From Candidatus Saccharimonadota bacterium (lineage in GTDB: Bacteria; Patescibacteriota; Saccharimonadia; Saccharimonadales; Saccharimonadaceae), in NCBI GenBank assembly GCA_030529095.1, contig JAUMXN010000001.1:5603-69602 (forward strand): a stretch of 64,000 bases of DNA. Reading direction: 5' to 3'. Below are positions 19,686 to 29,550 of the stretch, piece by piece. The position numbers and the translations under genes were made by a program. Below the pieces are notes generated by a model that had not been told where the DNA came from, searched no databases, and worked only from the letters and a program-made list of their open reading frames with translations. The stretch's first letter is position 1. Each line of letters opens with the position of its first letter.

Positions 19686-19994
19686 CACAAGTCTGCATCA
19701 ACTTGTCTCGAAGTCTGGCATAGCAATATGCTTCTGAAGGCCCCTACCGGCCTGATGCACCCGATAGGATCCGGGCTTAGCGCGCAAAGCTCGCACATTT
19801 CAATTTTAGGAAAGGAAGGTATATACCAATGGGTTATTTCAAGGCTCCGATGGTCAGGAGCTAGTAAGTTGAGACTGGAGACCAAAACCTATGAAACCAC
19901 ACAACAATACTTAACCACTGGTTTTTCCGGTAATGGAACCACCGGGAAACCTTTCTTAACAACCCGGGGAGACGTTTGTGCGCCTCCCCTTTTT
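19686..19994 (+). ncRNA. Candidate structured RNA / micropeptide transcript (~310 nt)
   Basis: TTGACT(19651)-17-TATACT(19674) promoter, four-way junction 19694-19759, strong SD with an 11-codon ORF, terminator 19966-19994. Confidence 0.55.
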
Positions 19995-20039
19995 AATTCT
20001 TTACTTTTTAAAATAGATATGATAAAATAGTCAACAATT

Positions 20040-20249
20040 ATGGCAAAAAAGAATAATACTAAGCGCAAACTCGTTGGCCTCGTTTCTGAGGAGTCTGGTG
20101 TCCGTGCTTACTACACCAAGAAGAACACGATGAATACTCCTGATAAGCTTTCTCTTAAGAAGTACGATCCAGTTCTTCGCAAACACGTTGTTTTCACCGA
20201 GACTAAGAAAAACCTCGGCCGCAACGAAGTCAAGGAAAAGAAACGCTAA
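20040..20249 (+). CDS. rpmG: 50S ribosomal protein L33 (Zn-free type)
   Basis: [29 protein letters not shown]. Confidence 0.95.
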   Translation: MAKKNNTKRKLVGLVSEESGVRAYYTKKNTMNTPDKLSLKKYDPVLRKHVVFTETKKNLGRNEVKEKKR

Positions 20250-20296
20250 AATAAGCCCCCAGGGGCTTATTTTTTATGTTATAATATATTCACGCT

Positions 20297-20371
20297 AGGG
20301 GCGTAGTACAACGGTTAGTATAGCGGTCTCCAAAACCGTAGATATGGGTTCAATTCCTGTCGCCCCTGCCA
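20297..20371 (+). tRNA. tRNA-Trp (CCA)
   Basis: AGGGGCG/CGCCCCT acceptor, GCGGT-CTCCAAA-ACCGT, GTTCAAT, CCA. Confidence 0.95.
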
Positions 20372-20373
20372 AA

Positions 20374-21225
20374 TTAGCCTTCAAGGGCTATTTTTTGATA
20401 AATTTTTTCCGATAAATCCGAAATTATCGAGAAACCACCCCAGTTCTCGTTTGTCAAAATAGTCAAAATATACGGTTTATCAGTCAAAATAATGCCGCTA
20501 TCATGACAAGCGTCTTCCCAGTAGCCATATTTATGTAGTACGCTCATTTTTGGCTCAAACGCCAAACTATTTGTGTTGTTATTTTTGAAGAAACTTTCTA
20601 GCTCCGCCTTATCCGCATTGCGATCCGTATAGAGGAAATTATAAACTTTCTTCCAGAGCGCCAATTGATCAGCCACAGTCGTATTGCCATATTCGTAAGA
20701 TTCATTGGTGTCCAAGAAATTCTTCATGCCTAACGCTCTCCCGTAAGCACGCAGTTTTTCGTAACCGATAGTCTCAAATAATTCCATATGCGCATCGTTG
20801 TCGCTCACCGTAATAGCTTCCTTCACTAAGTCCCTTAAATCATCAGTTACTTGCATCTCTTCATACACATACAACGCGTCCACTGTTTTCACGAGGCTGG
20901 CGCCATAATAGATTTTGTCTGCACGGTAAGTAACTTCCTCGCCGGTAGTAAGATTGTAATAGCCAAAGCTTACATCCCAACCGTTCTTTTTAATATAATC
21001 AACGAGCGAGTCCCAAGGAGCAATATCACTAGGTTCATCCGGGGCGTCAACCACATCCTCATCGGCAATACGCTTAGGTTTTTCTACTACAACAATTTCA
21101 TCGGGTTCAACCTTGCGGTCATTGGAGAACGCCAGCGCCACCATGATACAAAACACCACCAAAAGCATGGCGCAGCCAATAGCGAGCAAGATTTTGACAA
21201 AAAATTCCTTGCGTTCGTCTTTCAT
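20374..21225 (-). CDS. Membrane-anchored serine hydrolase of the class A beta-lactamase-like/PBP fold
   Basis: N-terminal TM helix, ASLVK (SxxK), SDN, HKYG (KTG variant), HDSGII. Confidence 0.85.
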   Translation of the reverse strand: MKDERKEFFVKILLAIGCAMLLVVFCIMVALAFSNDRKVEPDEIVVVEKPKRIADEDVVDAPDEPSDIAPWDSLVDYIKKNGWDVSFGYYNLTTGEEVTYRADKIYYGASLVKTVDALYVYEEMQVTDDLRDLVKEAITVSDNDAHMELFETIGYEKLRAYGRALGMKNFLDTNESYEYGNTTVADQLALWKKVYNFLYTDRNADKAELESFFKNNNTNSLAFEPKMSVLHKYGYWEDACHDSGIILTDKPYILTILTNENWGGFSIISDLSEKIYQKIALEG

Positions 21226-21295
21226 GGCTTAATTATATAACACCGAACAAAACTATTTGTCTATCTTGCAAATAGTGTGTTACAATAAAATCATT

Positions 21296-21781
21296 ATGGA
21301 AGGTAAAAAAATACAGCCACGCGCACTCCTGGTCTTCGGTGCCCCTTGTAGTGGCAAGTCAACATTTGCGGAAAAATTCGCCAAGCGCTTCGGTATCGCT
21401 TTTTACAATCTCGAAGAGCTCAAAGCCAAATACAATCTAACCAACAAAGTCACTCTTATGCTCATCGAGCAAGTTGCTAAAACCAAGCAAAACATCGTAA
21501 TTGAAGGCGCCATCGGCACAGAGAGAGAACGCGAAGAAATGCGTCGCATTTTGCGCCCAGCCGGCTATCGCACTTCCACTGTTTGGGTTCAGACCGATAT
21601 TGCTACTATTCGCTCCCGCCTCAAGGCCAAATACAGGTCTGTCGCCAAGGCCAAAGAGGTCTACGACACCACCGTTCCACGCCTCGAAGCCCCATCCGAC
21701 ACCGAGACCCCAATCATCCTTTCCGGCAAACATACCTTCGAAACCCAGCTCAAGCATATCTTGGCTGCTCTATCTGAATAA
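21296..21781 (+). CDS. P-loop kinase / AAA_33-like ATP-binding protein
   Basis: GAPCSGKST and nucleotide-kinase-like layout. Start placed after TGTTACAAT. Confidence 0.8.
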   Translation: MEGKKIQPRALLVFGAPCSGKSTFAEKFAKRFGIAFYNLEELKAKYNLTNKVTLMLIEQVAKTKQNIVIEGAIGTEREREEMRRILRPAGYRTSTVWVQTDIATIRSRLKAKYRSVAKAKEVYDTTVPRLEAPSDTETPIILSGKHTFETQLKHILAALSE

Positions 21782-21783
21782 TA

Positions 21784-22329
21784 ATGATTTTAGAAGATTC
21801 TGAATTCGGCGAAGTCGTCGTCCGAAAAAGTCCACTGGCAAGAAACATCAAATTTTCCGTCTCTACTTCCGGACGCTTGCAGATGTCTGTGCCAAAACAT
21901 ACCTCTAATTTTTTGGTCAAACGTTTCCTCAATCTCAATCGCAAAATGATTCGCGAAAAATTACCAATCAAAGATCCATCCACTCAGCGCGCCCGCGACT
22001 ATCAAAAAAAGGCCCTCATGAAAAAGGCCAAAGAAAACCTACCATATCGCTTGGAATATTTCGCTAATCTCTATGGCTATAAATACGAACGCTGCCGCCT
22101 ATCCCACGCCAATACGCGCTGGGGCAGCTGCTCGTCCAGCGGCACTATTTCTCTTAATATTGGCCTAATGAAACTGCCCGAGAAGCTCCGCGATTACGTC
22201 ATTATCCACGAGCTCGCCCATCTTAATCATATGGATCACTCAACCGCCTTCTGGGCCGAAGTCGAATCCCACGACAAAAATTATCGCGAACATCGTCGCA
22301 AAATCAAACACTTCTCGCCGGGGGTTTAG
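21784..22329 (+). CDS. YgjP-like M48/SprT-type metalloprotease
   Basis: RWGSCS, DYVIIHELAHL, MDHSTAFW. Confidence 0.9.
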   Translation: MILEDSEFGEVVVRKSPLARNIKFSVSTSGRLQMSVPKHTSNFLVKRFLNLNRKMIREKLPIKDPSTQRARDYQKKALMKKAKENLPYRLEYFANLYGYKYERCRLSHANTRWGSCSSSGTISLNIGLMKLPEKLRDYVIIHELAHLNHMDHSTAFWAEVESHDKNYREHRRKIKHFSPGV

Positions 22330-22985
22330 TACTGATAAGCGTAAAGAATAGTGCGGTGCGTAGCGTTACCGTTGCCGTATGGTGTGCCAGCACAGGTCAT
22401 CAAAGACACATCGTATTGCGTACCATTATAATCTTTGCCGGCGGCAATTTTTCTCATATTTTTAGATAGTACGTCGTCGTTTGCAACAGTCTCAACCTTG
22501 GCTACGCGGTAGTTATAGTCGATACCGTCAAGGTTGATCGTGAAGGTCGAACCGACGGCAAGGTTAGCGAGGCCGCCAAACACGTAGCTATAATTGTGCC
22601 CATAATAAAATTGACCGTGGTAATTGCCATTAATATAACGCGCCACCTTAGAGCCGGCGTTGATCGCCGTATCATTAGAGACAAAAATATCAATCGTGCG
22701 ACCAAGAATCGAAATATAGTTGGTACGCGTAGAAGTAGATCTAGAGGTAGTATAGCTGCGGGCCACCACCGGAGCTTTAAAATCACCGCTAATCTCTATG
22801 TCGGAAGCTTTTTCTGGGCTATCAACAGCATCAAGCAGGGAAATGTCTTCTGAGACAGCAAAATCAATGCGGTCCGGCGTGGCATCCACAGTTGGGATTT
22901 GTTGACCCAAAGAAAGGCCAAGAACCGCCAAAATCAGAGACAAAAATACCGCGGATTTACCTCCGCGGCTAATGATAGCCTTCAT
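22326..22985 (-). CDS. Secreted sortase-fold protein
   Basis: Signal/TM segment, YGHN...FGGL, SLMTC, and downstream R (His-Cys-Arg triad). Confidence 0.7.
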   Translation of the reverse strand: MKAIISRGGKSAVFLSLILAVLGLSLGQQIPTVDATPDRIDFAVSEDISLLDAVDSPEKASDIEISGDFKAPVVARSYTTSRSTSTRTNYISILGRTIDIFVSNDTAINAGSKVARYINGNYHGQFYYGHNYSYVFGGLANLAVGSTFTINLDGIDYNYRVAKVETVANDDVLSKNMRKIAAGKDYNGTQYDVSLMTCAGTPYGNGNATHRTILYAYQY

Positions 22986-23099
22986 AATAAAAATATATAC
23001 TCCCAATTGAAATATACATTACTATTATAGCACAAAAAGCGTAAAAAGTAAAGGGGTACAGGCGGCAACAGTATAGTATAATTTTAAAAAAGGAGTTTT

Positions 23100-23639
23100 A
23101 TGGATTTAAAAGGTACTCAAACTGAAAAAAACTTGCAGGCAGCCTTTGCTGGCGAATCTCAAGCCCGCAACAAATATACTTATTTCGCTTCTAAAGCTAA
23201 AAAAGATGGTTACGAACAAATTGCTGCCATCTTCGAAGAGACCGCCAACAACGAAAAAGAACACGCCAAAATGTGGTTTAAGATTCTCGAGGGTGGAGCC
23301 GTTAAATCTACCCCGGAAAACCTCGCCGCAGCCGCTGATGGTGAAAACTACGAGTGGACCGACATGTATGCTGATTTTGCCAAAACCGCTAGGGAAGAAG
23401 GTTTCGATGAGATTGCCGATAAGTTCGAGGCTGTCGCCGCCATCGAAAAACACCACGAAGAGCGCTATCGCAAACTGCTCAAAAATATCAACGACGCCAA
23501 GGTCTTTTCTAAAGACGGTGATCAAATTTGGATCTGCCGCAACTGTGGCCACGTCGTAATTGGTAAGGTCGCCCCAGAAATCTGCCCAGTTTGCAGCCAC
23601 CCACAATCCTACTTCGAAATCAAAGCCGAAAACTTTTAA
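23100..23639 (+). CDS. rbr: Rubrerythrin
   Basis: [22 protein letters not shown] and C-terminal CRNCG...CPVC rubredoxin domain. Confidence 0.96.
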   Translation: MDLKGTQTEKNLQAAFAGESQARNKYTYFASKAKKDGYEQIAAIFEETANNEKEHAKMWFKILEGGAVKSTPENLAAAADGENYEWTDMYADFAKTAREEGFDEIADKFEAVAAIEKHHEERYRKLLKNINDAKVFSKDGDQIWICRNCGHVVIGKVAPEICPVCSHPQSYFEIKAENF

Positions 23640-23693
23640 AAAGTCTTGGCGCTTATGCTTTTTTCATGTATAATGTAGGCAAAGGAGATTTTT

Positions 23694-23873
23694 ATGCCTA
23701 CAGCAAAGAAAACCACCAAAACTACTACCAAAGCTAAAAAAGCCTGCTGCGATAAAAAAGGTTGCGCCTGCGCCAAAAAAGATACTTGTTTCAAGACTGG
23801 TCTCATCGTAGTGCTCGCCTGCATCGCCGGCCTGCTCGCCTTTGGTACCTACATGATGGTTCTAAACAAATAA
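23694..23873 (+). CDS. 59-aa Lys/Cys-rich membrane-anchored small protein (not in ORF track)
   Basis: SD AAAGGAG, MPTAKKTTKTTTKAKKACCDKKGCACAKKDTCFKTGLIVVLACIAGLLAFGTYMMVLNK*, native-looking codons. Confidence 0.8.
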   Translation: MPTAKKTTKTTTKAKKACCDKKGCACAKKDTCFKTGLIVVLACIAGLLAFGTYMMVLNK

Positions 23874-23933
23874 TCGCTTTTAGACAATCTGGGCCCCATC
23901 CTTGGGGTCTATTTTGTTCTGTGCTATAATAAT

Positions 23934-24641
23934 ATGGTTATGAAAAATACACTGTTATCTACTAAAGACCTGAAGAAGGTTTACGGTAAGCGTGACACTG
24001 TTTTCGAAGCCCTAAAAGGTATCAACATCGATATCGAAAAAGGCGAAACTGTCGCAATTATCGGCAAATCCGGCTCTGGCAAGTCCACCTTAATGCATCT
24101 ACTTGCCTTGCTTGACAAACCATCCGAAGGTGAAATTCAACTCAATGGACAAAACACTAGCAAACTCAAAAATCGCAAGCTCAATCGCCTGCGCAATAAA
24201 GAATTCGGGTTCGTTTTCCAGAGTTTCTTTATGAATGCCAACGATAGCGTCTTAAACAACGTTATCTTGCCTCTTAAAATCGCCGGCATTGGCCGCCGCG
24301 AGCGCAAACGCCGCGCCATGGAAGCTCTAAAGACCGTTGAACTCGATGATAAATATAAAAACAAAGCCAAGGATCTCTCTGGTGGCCAAAAGCAACGCGT
24401 TTGTATTGCTCGCGCCATTGTTAATAATCCAAAGATCATCTTTGCCGACGAGCCAACCGGCAACCTCGACTCCACCACTGGTGAAAAAATCGAGAATCTG
24501 CTCTTTGAGCTAAACCGCGAAAAGGACATTACTCTCATTATCGTCACCCACGACGAAGAACTCGCCGCCAAGTGTAAGCGCCAAATCCGCATCGCCGACG
24601 GCCAAGTTGTTACCGATAAAAAGAAAGGAGGAAAGAAATGA
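23934..24641 (+). CDS. ABC transporter ATP-binding protein (MacB/LolD type)
   Basis: GKSGSGKST, FGFVFQSF, LSGGQKQR, ADEPTGNLD, VTHD. Confidence 0.93.
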   Translation: MVMKNTLLSTKDLKKVYGKRDTVFEALKGINIDIEKGETVAIIGKSGSGKSTLMHLLALLDKPSEGEIQLNGQNTSKLKNRKLNRLRNKEFGFVFQSFFMNANDSVLNNVILPLKIAGIGRRERKRRAMEALKTVELDDKYKNKAKDLSGGQKQRVCIARAIVNNPKIIFADEPTGNLDSTTGEKIENLLFELNREKDITLIIVTHDEELAAKCKRQIRIADGQVVTDKKKGGKK

Positions 24642-25942
24642 AAATTTTAGACGTTTTCCGTGACGCCAACTCTAATCTCTGGCGCAGCAAACTTCGCAGC
24701 TTCCTCACGATTTTGGCTATCTTTGTGGGTAGCTTCACGATCATCTTGAACTCTGCCATCAACGCTGGCGTCAATAGCTTTATCGATAAACAGATCGAGA
24801 ACATGGGTGGCGATGGTTATCTCGAAATGATGCCGACCGAAACCTATGATCAGATTTCGTCCCTCATGGACAGCGGTGGCGTTCAAGAATACACCGAAGA
24901 TAAAGATGTCTCCAACGCTTCGCCATATATCAAAGACGAGCAGGTTGCCCAGGCCAAAGAGCTCGACGGCGTCAAATCCTTCCACGCACTCCCAAGTGCT
25001 TCAGCTGACTACGCTACGAGCGATAAAACCGATAAACGCTATCGTATCAACCTAAACGCCATCGTCCCGGGCATCAATATTGATATGTCTGCCGGCGTCG
25101 CGCCAAACACTGATGACGGTGCGCCATACGAAATCGCCCTCACCGAAGATATGGCCAAAGCTCTTGGTTTTGAAAATCCAGCCGATTCCGTCGGCCAAAT
25201 CATCAGAATCGCTGCCCCGAGCACCCTCAAGTGCTATACTGTTACCCGCCGCAGCGACTGCCAAGTTATTGTTGAAGCAAAAATCACCGGTACTCAAGCC
25301 CCAGGTATTCTCGCCATGGGTGGTAGCCGCGCTAACCTTTCTCTCTGGAACCGCATCAATGAAATCAACTTCGAAGGCATGCCAAAAGAGTCTAACCATA
25401 CCTTCCAGGCTGTCGCCGATGTTGATCCAGAAAAAATCGACGACATCAAAAAAGAGCTCGAAGAGATGGGCCTCTCTGCTATGTCCGTCGACGACGAAGT
25501 TGGCATGATCCGCGTCTTCTTCGACGCCATTCTTGTAGTATTTAATATCTTTGGCGGCATCGCCCTTATCGCAGCCTCCATCGGTATCATTAACACACTT
25601 TTCATGGCCGTCCAAGAACGCACCCGTGAGATCGGTCTCGACAAGGCCCTCGGTATGAGCAACAGCAAGGTCTTCCTTAGCTTCTCCGCCGAAGCCGTCA
25701 TGCTTGGCTTCTGGGGCTCCGTATTCGGCATTACCGCCTCCATTATCGTAGGCAACATCGCCAATATGGTCTCGCACGAAACCTTCCTCAAAGACTTCCC
25801 GACCTTCCAACTCACCGTCTTTGAGCCACTCACGATGCTCGCAATTGCATTCGTCATCATGTTTATTGCCTTCCTCGCCGGCACCTTGCCAGCCCGCAGA
25901 GCATCAAAGAAAAACCCAATCGACGCTTTGCGCTACGAATAA
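24638..25942 (+). CDS. ABC transporter permease (MacB/FtsX type)
   Basis: RSFLTILAIFVG, ERTREIG, PARRASKKNPIDALRYE. Confidence 0.93.
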   Translation: MKILDVFRDANSNLWRSKLRSFLTILAIFVGSFTIILNSAINAGVNSFIDKQIENMGGDGYLEMMPTETYDQISSLMDSGGVQEYTEDKDVSNASPYIKDEQVAQAKELDGVKSFHALPSASADYATSDKTDKRYRINLNAIVPGINIDMSAGVAPNTDDGAPYEIALTEDMAKALGFENPADSVGQIIRIAAPSTLKCYTVTRRSDCQVIVEAKITGTQAPGILAMGGSRANLSLWNRINEINFEGMPKESNHTFQAVADVDPEKIDDIKKELEEMGLSAMSVDDEVGMIRVFFDAILVVFNIFGGIALIAASIGIINTLFMAVQERTREIGLDKALGMSNSKVFLSFSAEAVMLGFWGSVFGITASIIVGNIANMVSHETFLKDFPTFQLTVFEPLTMLAIAFVIMFIAFLAGTLPARRASKKNPIDALRYE

Positions 25943-26079
25943 TTAGCGCACACCCTAAAATTACCCTTATACTTGACAAAAATCACAATCTGTGAGATAA
26001 TTAAGTATAGGGGTGATTTTTTTATCGCCAGAACATTACAAAATTCCAGAAGGTATCATACGAAAGGGGGCATGAGTTT

Positions 26080-26802
26080 ATGAAATATGAACTCACAGAC
26101 AGAACACTGGAAGTCAATGGGGTTGTACTACATCAAATCAGAGCTAGAGAATACAATCGTAAGTATAAGATCAAAAAACATACTTACGGTGGCTTCATCG
26201 AAAAACTCGATAATTTGTCTCAGGAAGGCAATTGTTGGGTTGCCGAAAGGGCAATCGTAATGGGCGACGCTTCCGTAACGGAAAACGCGCTCCTCTACGG
26301 AGATTGCCGCGTAAGCGGTAAGGCTGAGATTTTTGGCGAAGCTATGATTGGCGGGAACACCGAAATCAAAGGTTCAGCACAAATCTCTGGCAAAGCCAAG
26401 ATCCACAACAAAGTTTGCCGCTATAGCGACGTGATGGCTAATGGGGACATCGTTGAGGCTATAAGAGATTCTGATATTAACGTAAATTACCGCCATATCG
26501 TCATCGAAGATCATGCGATCGTTCGCGACGAAGCGGATTTAACTGGTAATATCAGATTGCGCGACTATTGCATAGTCGGCTACAAGACCAAGCTTTATGG
26601 CAACGTTACTATCTCTCGTACCAGAACGTACGGCGATAGACTCGTCATGAGAGCCAACGTCTTTACGGCGGACATTTGTCGTGCTAGCGAACCGCATATG
26701 CGCAGATTGTCGATCATCTCAGCGCCAGATACCACTAGAACTAGAGTGGTAATCAATAGGGCGGTAGTCAAAAAGATTGCAACGGCTCATGCAGCCGGTT
26801 GA
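26080..26802 (+). CDS. Phage-type left-handed beta-helix (hexapeptide repeat) protein
   Basis: MKYELT...LHQIRA...GGFIE..DNLSQEGNCWV followed by G-x-A-x-V/I repeats. TTGACA promoter, SD and terminator. Confidence 0.7.
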   Translation: MKYELTDRTLEVNGVVLHQIRAREYNRKYKIKKHTYGGFIEKLDNLSQEGNCWVAERAIVMGDASVTENALLYGDCRVSGKAEIFGEAMIGGNTEIKGSAQISGKAKIHNKVCRYSDVMANGDIVEAIRDSDINVNYRHIVIEDHAIVRDEADLTGNIRLRDYCIVGYKTKLYGNVTISRTRTYGDRLVMRANVFTADICRASEPHMRRLSIISAPDTTRTRVVINRAVVKKIATAHAAG

Positions 26803-26983
26803 CAATATACCAACTCCATTTCTATCTTTTCAAGATGGCCTCGCCTTAACCGGCGGGGCTATTTTTATTGATTTTTTAAGCATTTTGTGGTATAATTATA
26901 GAAATGTGGCCGCCATGACCGCATTGCATATTTATATCATCATTCTCCGCTATGGGGAATTGCAACAAAAGGAGGTAACTGTT

Positions 26984-27880
26984 ATGAAGAATTTGTTGCA
27001 AAAGAAAAGAACTATCGCCGTACCAATCAGCGGATTCGTTCCGAGATCTTGGCACATCCAGATCGCAAGTGAAAAAGAACTTCGTGGTTTGGGCAAAGAG
27101 AATCTAACCCTCGCACGCGCCTATTGGCGCAAAAGAGAAAAGGATCTCAAGAGCGCGATCCTCGAAGCGCAGCGCACTGTTGATTGTGCGCGTCAGGGAA
27201 GTTTCCCTGAGGCCTGGATAAAAAAGCCAGTAGAGGATCATGGAAAATGCAGTAACTGTAAGCATATGGTACCGTTGTCCTGTCTTTCAGCACTCAAAGT
27301 GTTCGGAGAACCCGTTGCATGCTCTTGCTGCTCGAAGCTGCTATCGTTCAAACTCGATGGCAAAATCGACCGCCGTGACACCTGTCATATTGCCACAGCT
27401 TCCGATAAACTCCGGAAAAAGGTTATTAAGAGAGCCGAAAGACTCAAAAATAACCTTGTGCAAGAAAAGGCATTGGTGGCAAAAAAGATCGAGCTCCTCG
27501 GTCCATTGATTGACGAAGCCGATCGCGCACCGGTTCTCCCGGTAGCTCGAACGGAAAGGAGCTTCCACGTAGAGGATGAAGTTCTCCTCCTTATGGAGAA
27601 CGGAGTCTATCCTGGAAAAGTGGTCATGCGCCCTGCATTAGAAGACGAGGAAGCAAAGGCCGGCATACCGGTACTTATCGACTTTCCAGATAGAAAGAGC
27701 CTCATGTACATCAAGCAGACTCAGCCTAGACTGATGCTGGCATGGGATTTCGAGTATCTCAAGACGCACCCTGGTTCAATCATTGACCACGGCTGGACAT
27801 CCAGCATGGAAAATCCTGATCATAGGATGCATTGGCGCGGAGACTTCATTACGGCAACACACGCCGAAAAGACAGAATGA
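26984..27880 (+). CDS. Hypothetical (orphan) protein with Cys clusters
   Basis: SD AAAGGAGGT before ATG 26984. CSNCKH and CSCC motifs flanked by coiled-coil-like segments. Confidence 0.7.
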   Translation: MKNLLQKKRTIAVPISGFVPRSWHIQIASEKELRGLGKENLTLARAYWRKREKDLKSAILEAQRTVDCARQGSFPEAWIKKPVEDHGKCSNCKHMVPLSCLSALKVFGEPVACSCCSKLLSFKLDGKIDRRDTCHIATASDKLRKKVIKRAERLKNNLVQEKALVAKKIELLGPLIDEADRAPVLPVARTERSFHVEDEVLLLMENGVYPGKVVMRPALEDEEAKAGIPVLIDFPDRKSLMYIKQTQPRLMLAWDFEYLKTHPGSIIDHGWTSSMENPDHRMHWRGDFITATHAEKTE

Positions 27881-27937
27881 TGATCAATTTGACTTAGGTC
27901 AAAGAAAACACCCAACCGCAAGGTTGGGTATTTTCTT

Positions 27938-28012
27938 TGGCTGGAGCGGAAGGATTCGAACCCTCGAATGGCGGGACCAGAACCCGCTGCCTTACCACTT
28001 GGCGACGCTCCA
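27938..28012 (-). tRNA. tRNA-Gln (CTG)
   Basis: Reverse complement TGGAGCG...GCGGG-TTCTGGT-CCCGC...GTTCGAATCC...CGCTCCA-GCCA. Confidence 0.95.
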
Positions 28013-28106
28013 ATGTTATACATTATACTACGAAACGCACAATTTTGCCACCCGTATCCCACAAATCCGCTTGCACTTAAAACAGTCATGCTATAATCAA
28101 ACTATC

Positions 28107-29066
28107 ATGAGCAAAAAACTTACCTTCAGTCCGGCCGACCTCAAAAAACTTTCGTCCGAGCAAATCATCGACAAGCTTCAGCATCATAATTATTCATTAC
28201 TTAAATCTCTCGGCGGGGAAAAACTCCGCAAAGAGATGGTCCCGGTTGGCAAAGTCTGCCATCTCGCTATCAATCATTTTTATCACGTCGGTCACAAAAA
28301 CGACCCCAAAAAACGCCTCGAAAAGGCCAAGATCCGCATCGTCAAAAATCTTCATAAAATCACGCCGGCCATCTACGACAAATCCACTTTTCCGAATACC
28401 AAAAACGGCTTGGTGCTCGGCTTTAACCATCCAAGCCTTGGCGAAATTGGGCGTATTTTACTCATCAAATTCGAACTTTGGGGCGACAAACCAGTATTAT
28501 TTCCGGTTAATCTGCCCTGGTACGAAGCCCTCGCCGGCGATTACGACCGTTTGAAAGCCCTCGGAATCATCATTACTCCAACCATTACGCCATCCACCTG
28601 GAAAAAGCTTGGTATCGCCGAAGACAGCGAAATTTATGAAACCGCCAACCGCATCAAGCGCGATTTCCGCGAGATTTACACCGACCTCTCAACCAGTATC
28701 GTCAAAGACGGCGGCATGATTTTTGTCGCTCCGTCCGCTACCAGGCAACGTACCGTTTTTAAAACCCCGGCTGTCTACAAAAAAGAGGAAGACATTATTC
28801 CAACTATGTCTATTCTTGCCATCAAACTCCTTTCCGACGAAAAAGCCACTTGTGATTTTCTCCCGGTTGCCGTTTTACCGCCAAAAAACTTCAAACGTGG
28901 CCTTAATTTATTCAAGAAATACCAACTCCTCGCCGGCGATCTTATGACAGCCGACGAAATCCGCGCCAAGTACTTCAAAACCAAACATCCAGAACGCCTC
29001 GAAAATTTCGATTACGACTTCCACCAAAAAATCGCCGAAAAACTACCAAAAGAATTCTGGTATTAA
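28107..29066 (+). CDS. Divergent PlsC-like glycerolipid acyltransferase
   Basis: GFNHPSLGE resembles NHxSxxD and FVAPSATR resembles FPEGTR. Start placed after TGCTATAAT, because the longer ORF overlaps tRNA-Gln. Confidence 0.55.
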   Translation: MSKKLTFSPADLKKLSSEQIIDKLQHHNYSLLKSLGGEKLRKEMVPVGKVCHLAINHFYHVGHKNDPKKRLEKAKIRIVKNLHKITPAIYDKSTFPNTKNGLVLGFNHPSLGEIGRILLIKFELWGDKPVLFPVNLPWYEALAGDYDRLKALGIIITPTITPSTWKKLGIAEDSEIYETANRIKRDFREIYTDLSTSIVKDGGMIFVAPSATRQRTVFKTPAVYKKEEDIIPTMSILAIKLLSDEKATCDFLPVAVLPPKNFKRGLNLFKKYQLLAGDLMTADEIRAKYFKTKHPERLENFDYDFHQKIAEKLPKEFWY

Positions 29067-29151
29067 GGCAAAAAGTCATTTACAAACCCCTTGTTTTTTG
29101 CTATACTATTGACAAGTCTGGTAACAGACTTTTTTTAATAAGGAGTTAAAT

Positions 29152-29541
29152 ATGGCCAAAGCGAAAATCACTCGCATCAAAGCTAACGACTCTAAGAAAA
29201 CCGAAAAAACAGCCGAAGAGCCGGTTATAACTCGGAAAAAAGTCGTCTTAAAAGACAAAAAAGTTGATAAAAAAGACAAACAGGCCAAAAAAGCTGCCAA
29301 GAAGGCAGAAAAAGCCGAAAAGAAAAATGGCAAAAAACCATTTATCCTTTTCCGCCCATTCTGTTTTATTGGTCGCTATTTCAAAGAGTCTTGGCAGGAA
29401 ATCCGCCAAGTTCGCTGGCCAAACCGTAAAGCAACCTGGAAGATGGTTTTCGCAGTCTTAGTCTACACTGCGTTCTTCGTCCTCATCCTCGTTTTGCTCG
29501 ATATGTTATTTAAATTTATCTTTAATAGTATCTTAGGATAA
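29152..29541 (+). CDS. secE: Preprotein translocase subunit SecE with Lys-rich N-extension
   Basis: YFKESWQEIRQVRWPNRK plus TM helix, upstream of nusG. Confidence 0.95.
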   Translation: MAKAKITRIKANDSKKTEKTAEEPVITRKKVVLKDKKVDKKDKQAKKAAKKAEKAEKKNGKKPFILFRPFCFIGRYFKESWQEIRQVRWPNRKATWKMVFAVLVYTAFFVLILVLLDMLFKFIFNSILG

Positions 29542-29550
29542 GGAGAAACT

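Noticed and set aside
19915-19951. ZMP/ZTP riboswitch (GGAACCACCGGG resemblance)
   Set aside because: Explained by a simple hairpin. It lacks the ACTGRCG and 3' CGCCTGGGC elements and there is no purine/folate gene downstream.
19647-20030. 127-aa ORF from the track
   Set aside because: Starts upstream of the promoter at a terminator tail, has no SD and runs through a terminator
20374-21225. Bona fide beta-lactam resistance gene
   Set aside because: Membrane-anchored, KYG variant and no clear omega-loop ExxLN motif. More likely a cell-wall serine hydrolase.
26777-28106. N-terminal extensions of ORFs 26777 and 27783
   Set aside because: They run through a terminator/promoter and tRNA-Gln respectively. 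Internal ATGs have proper signals.
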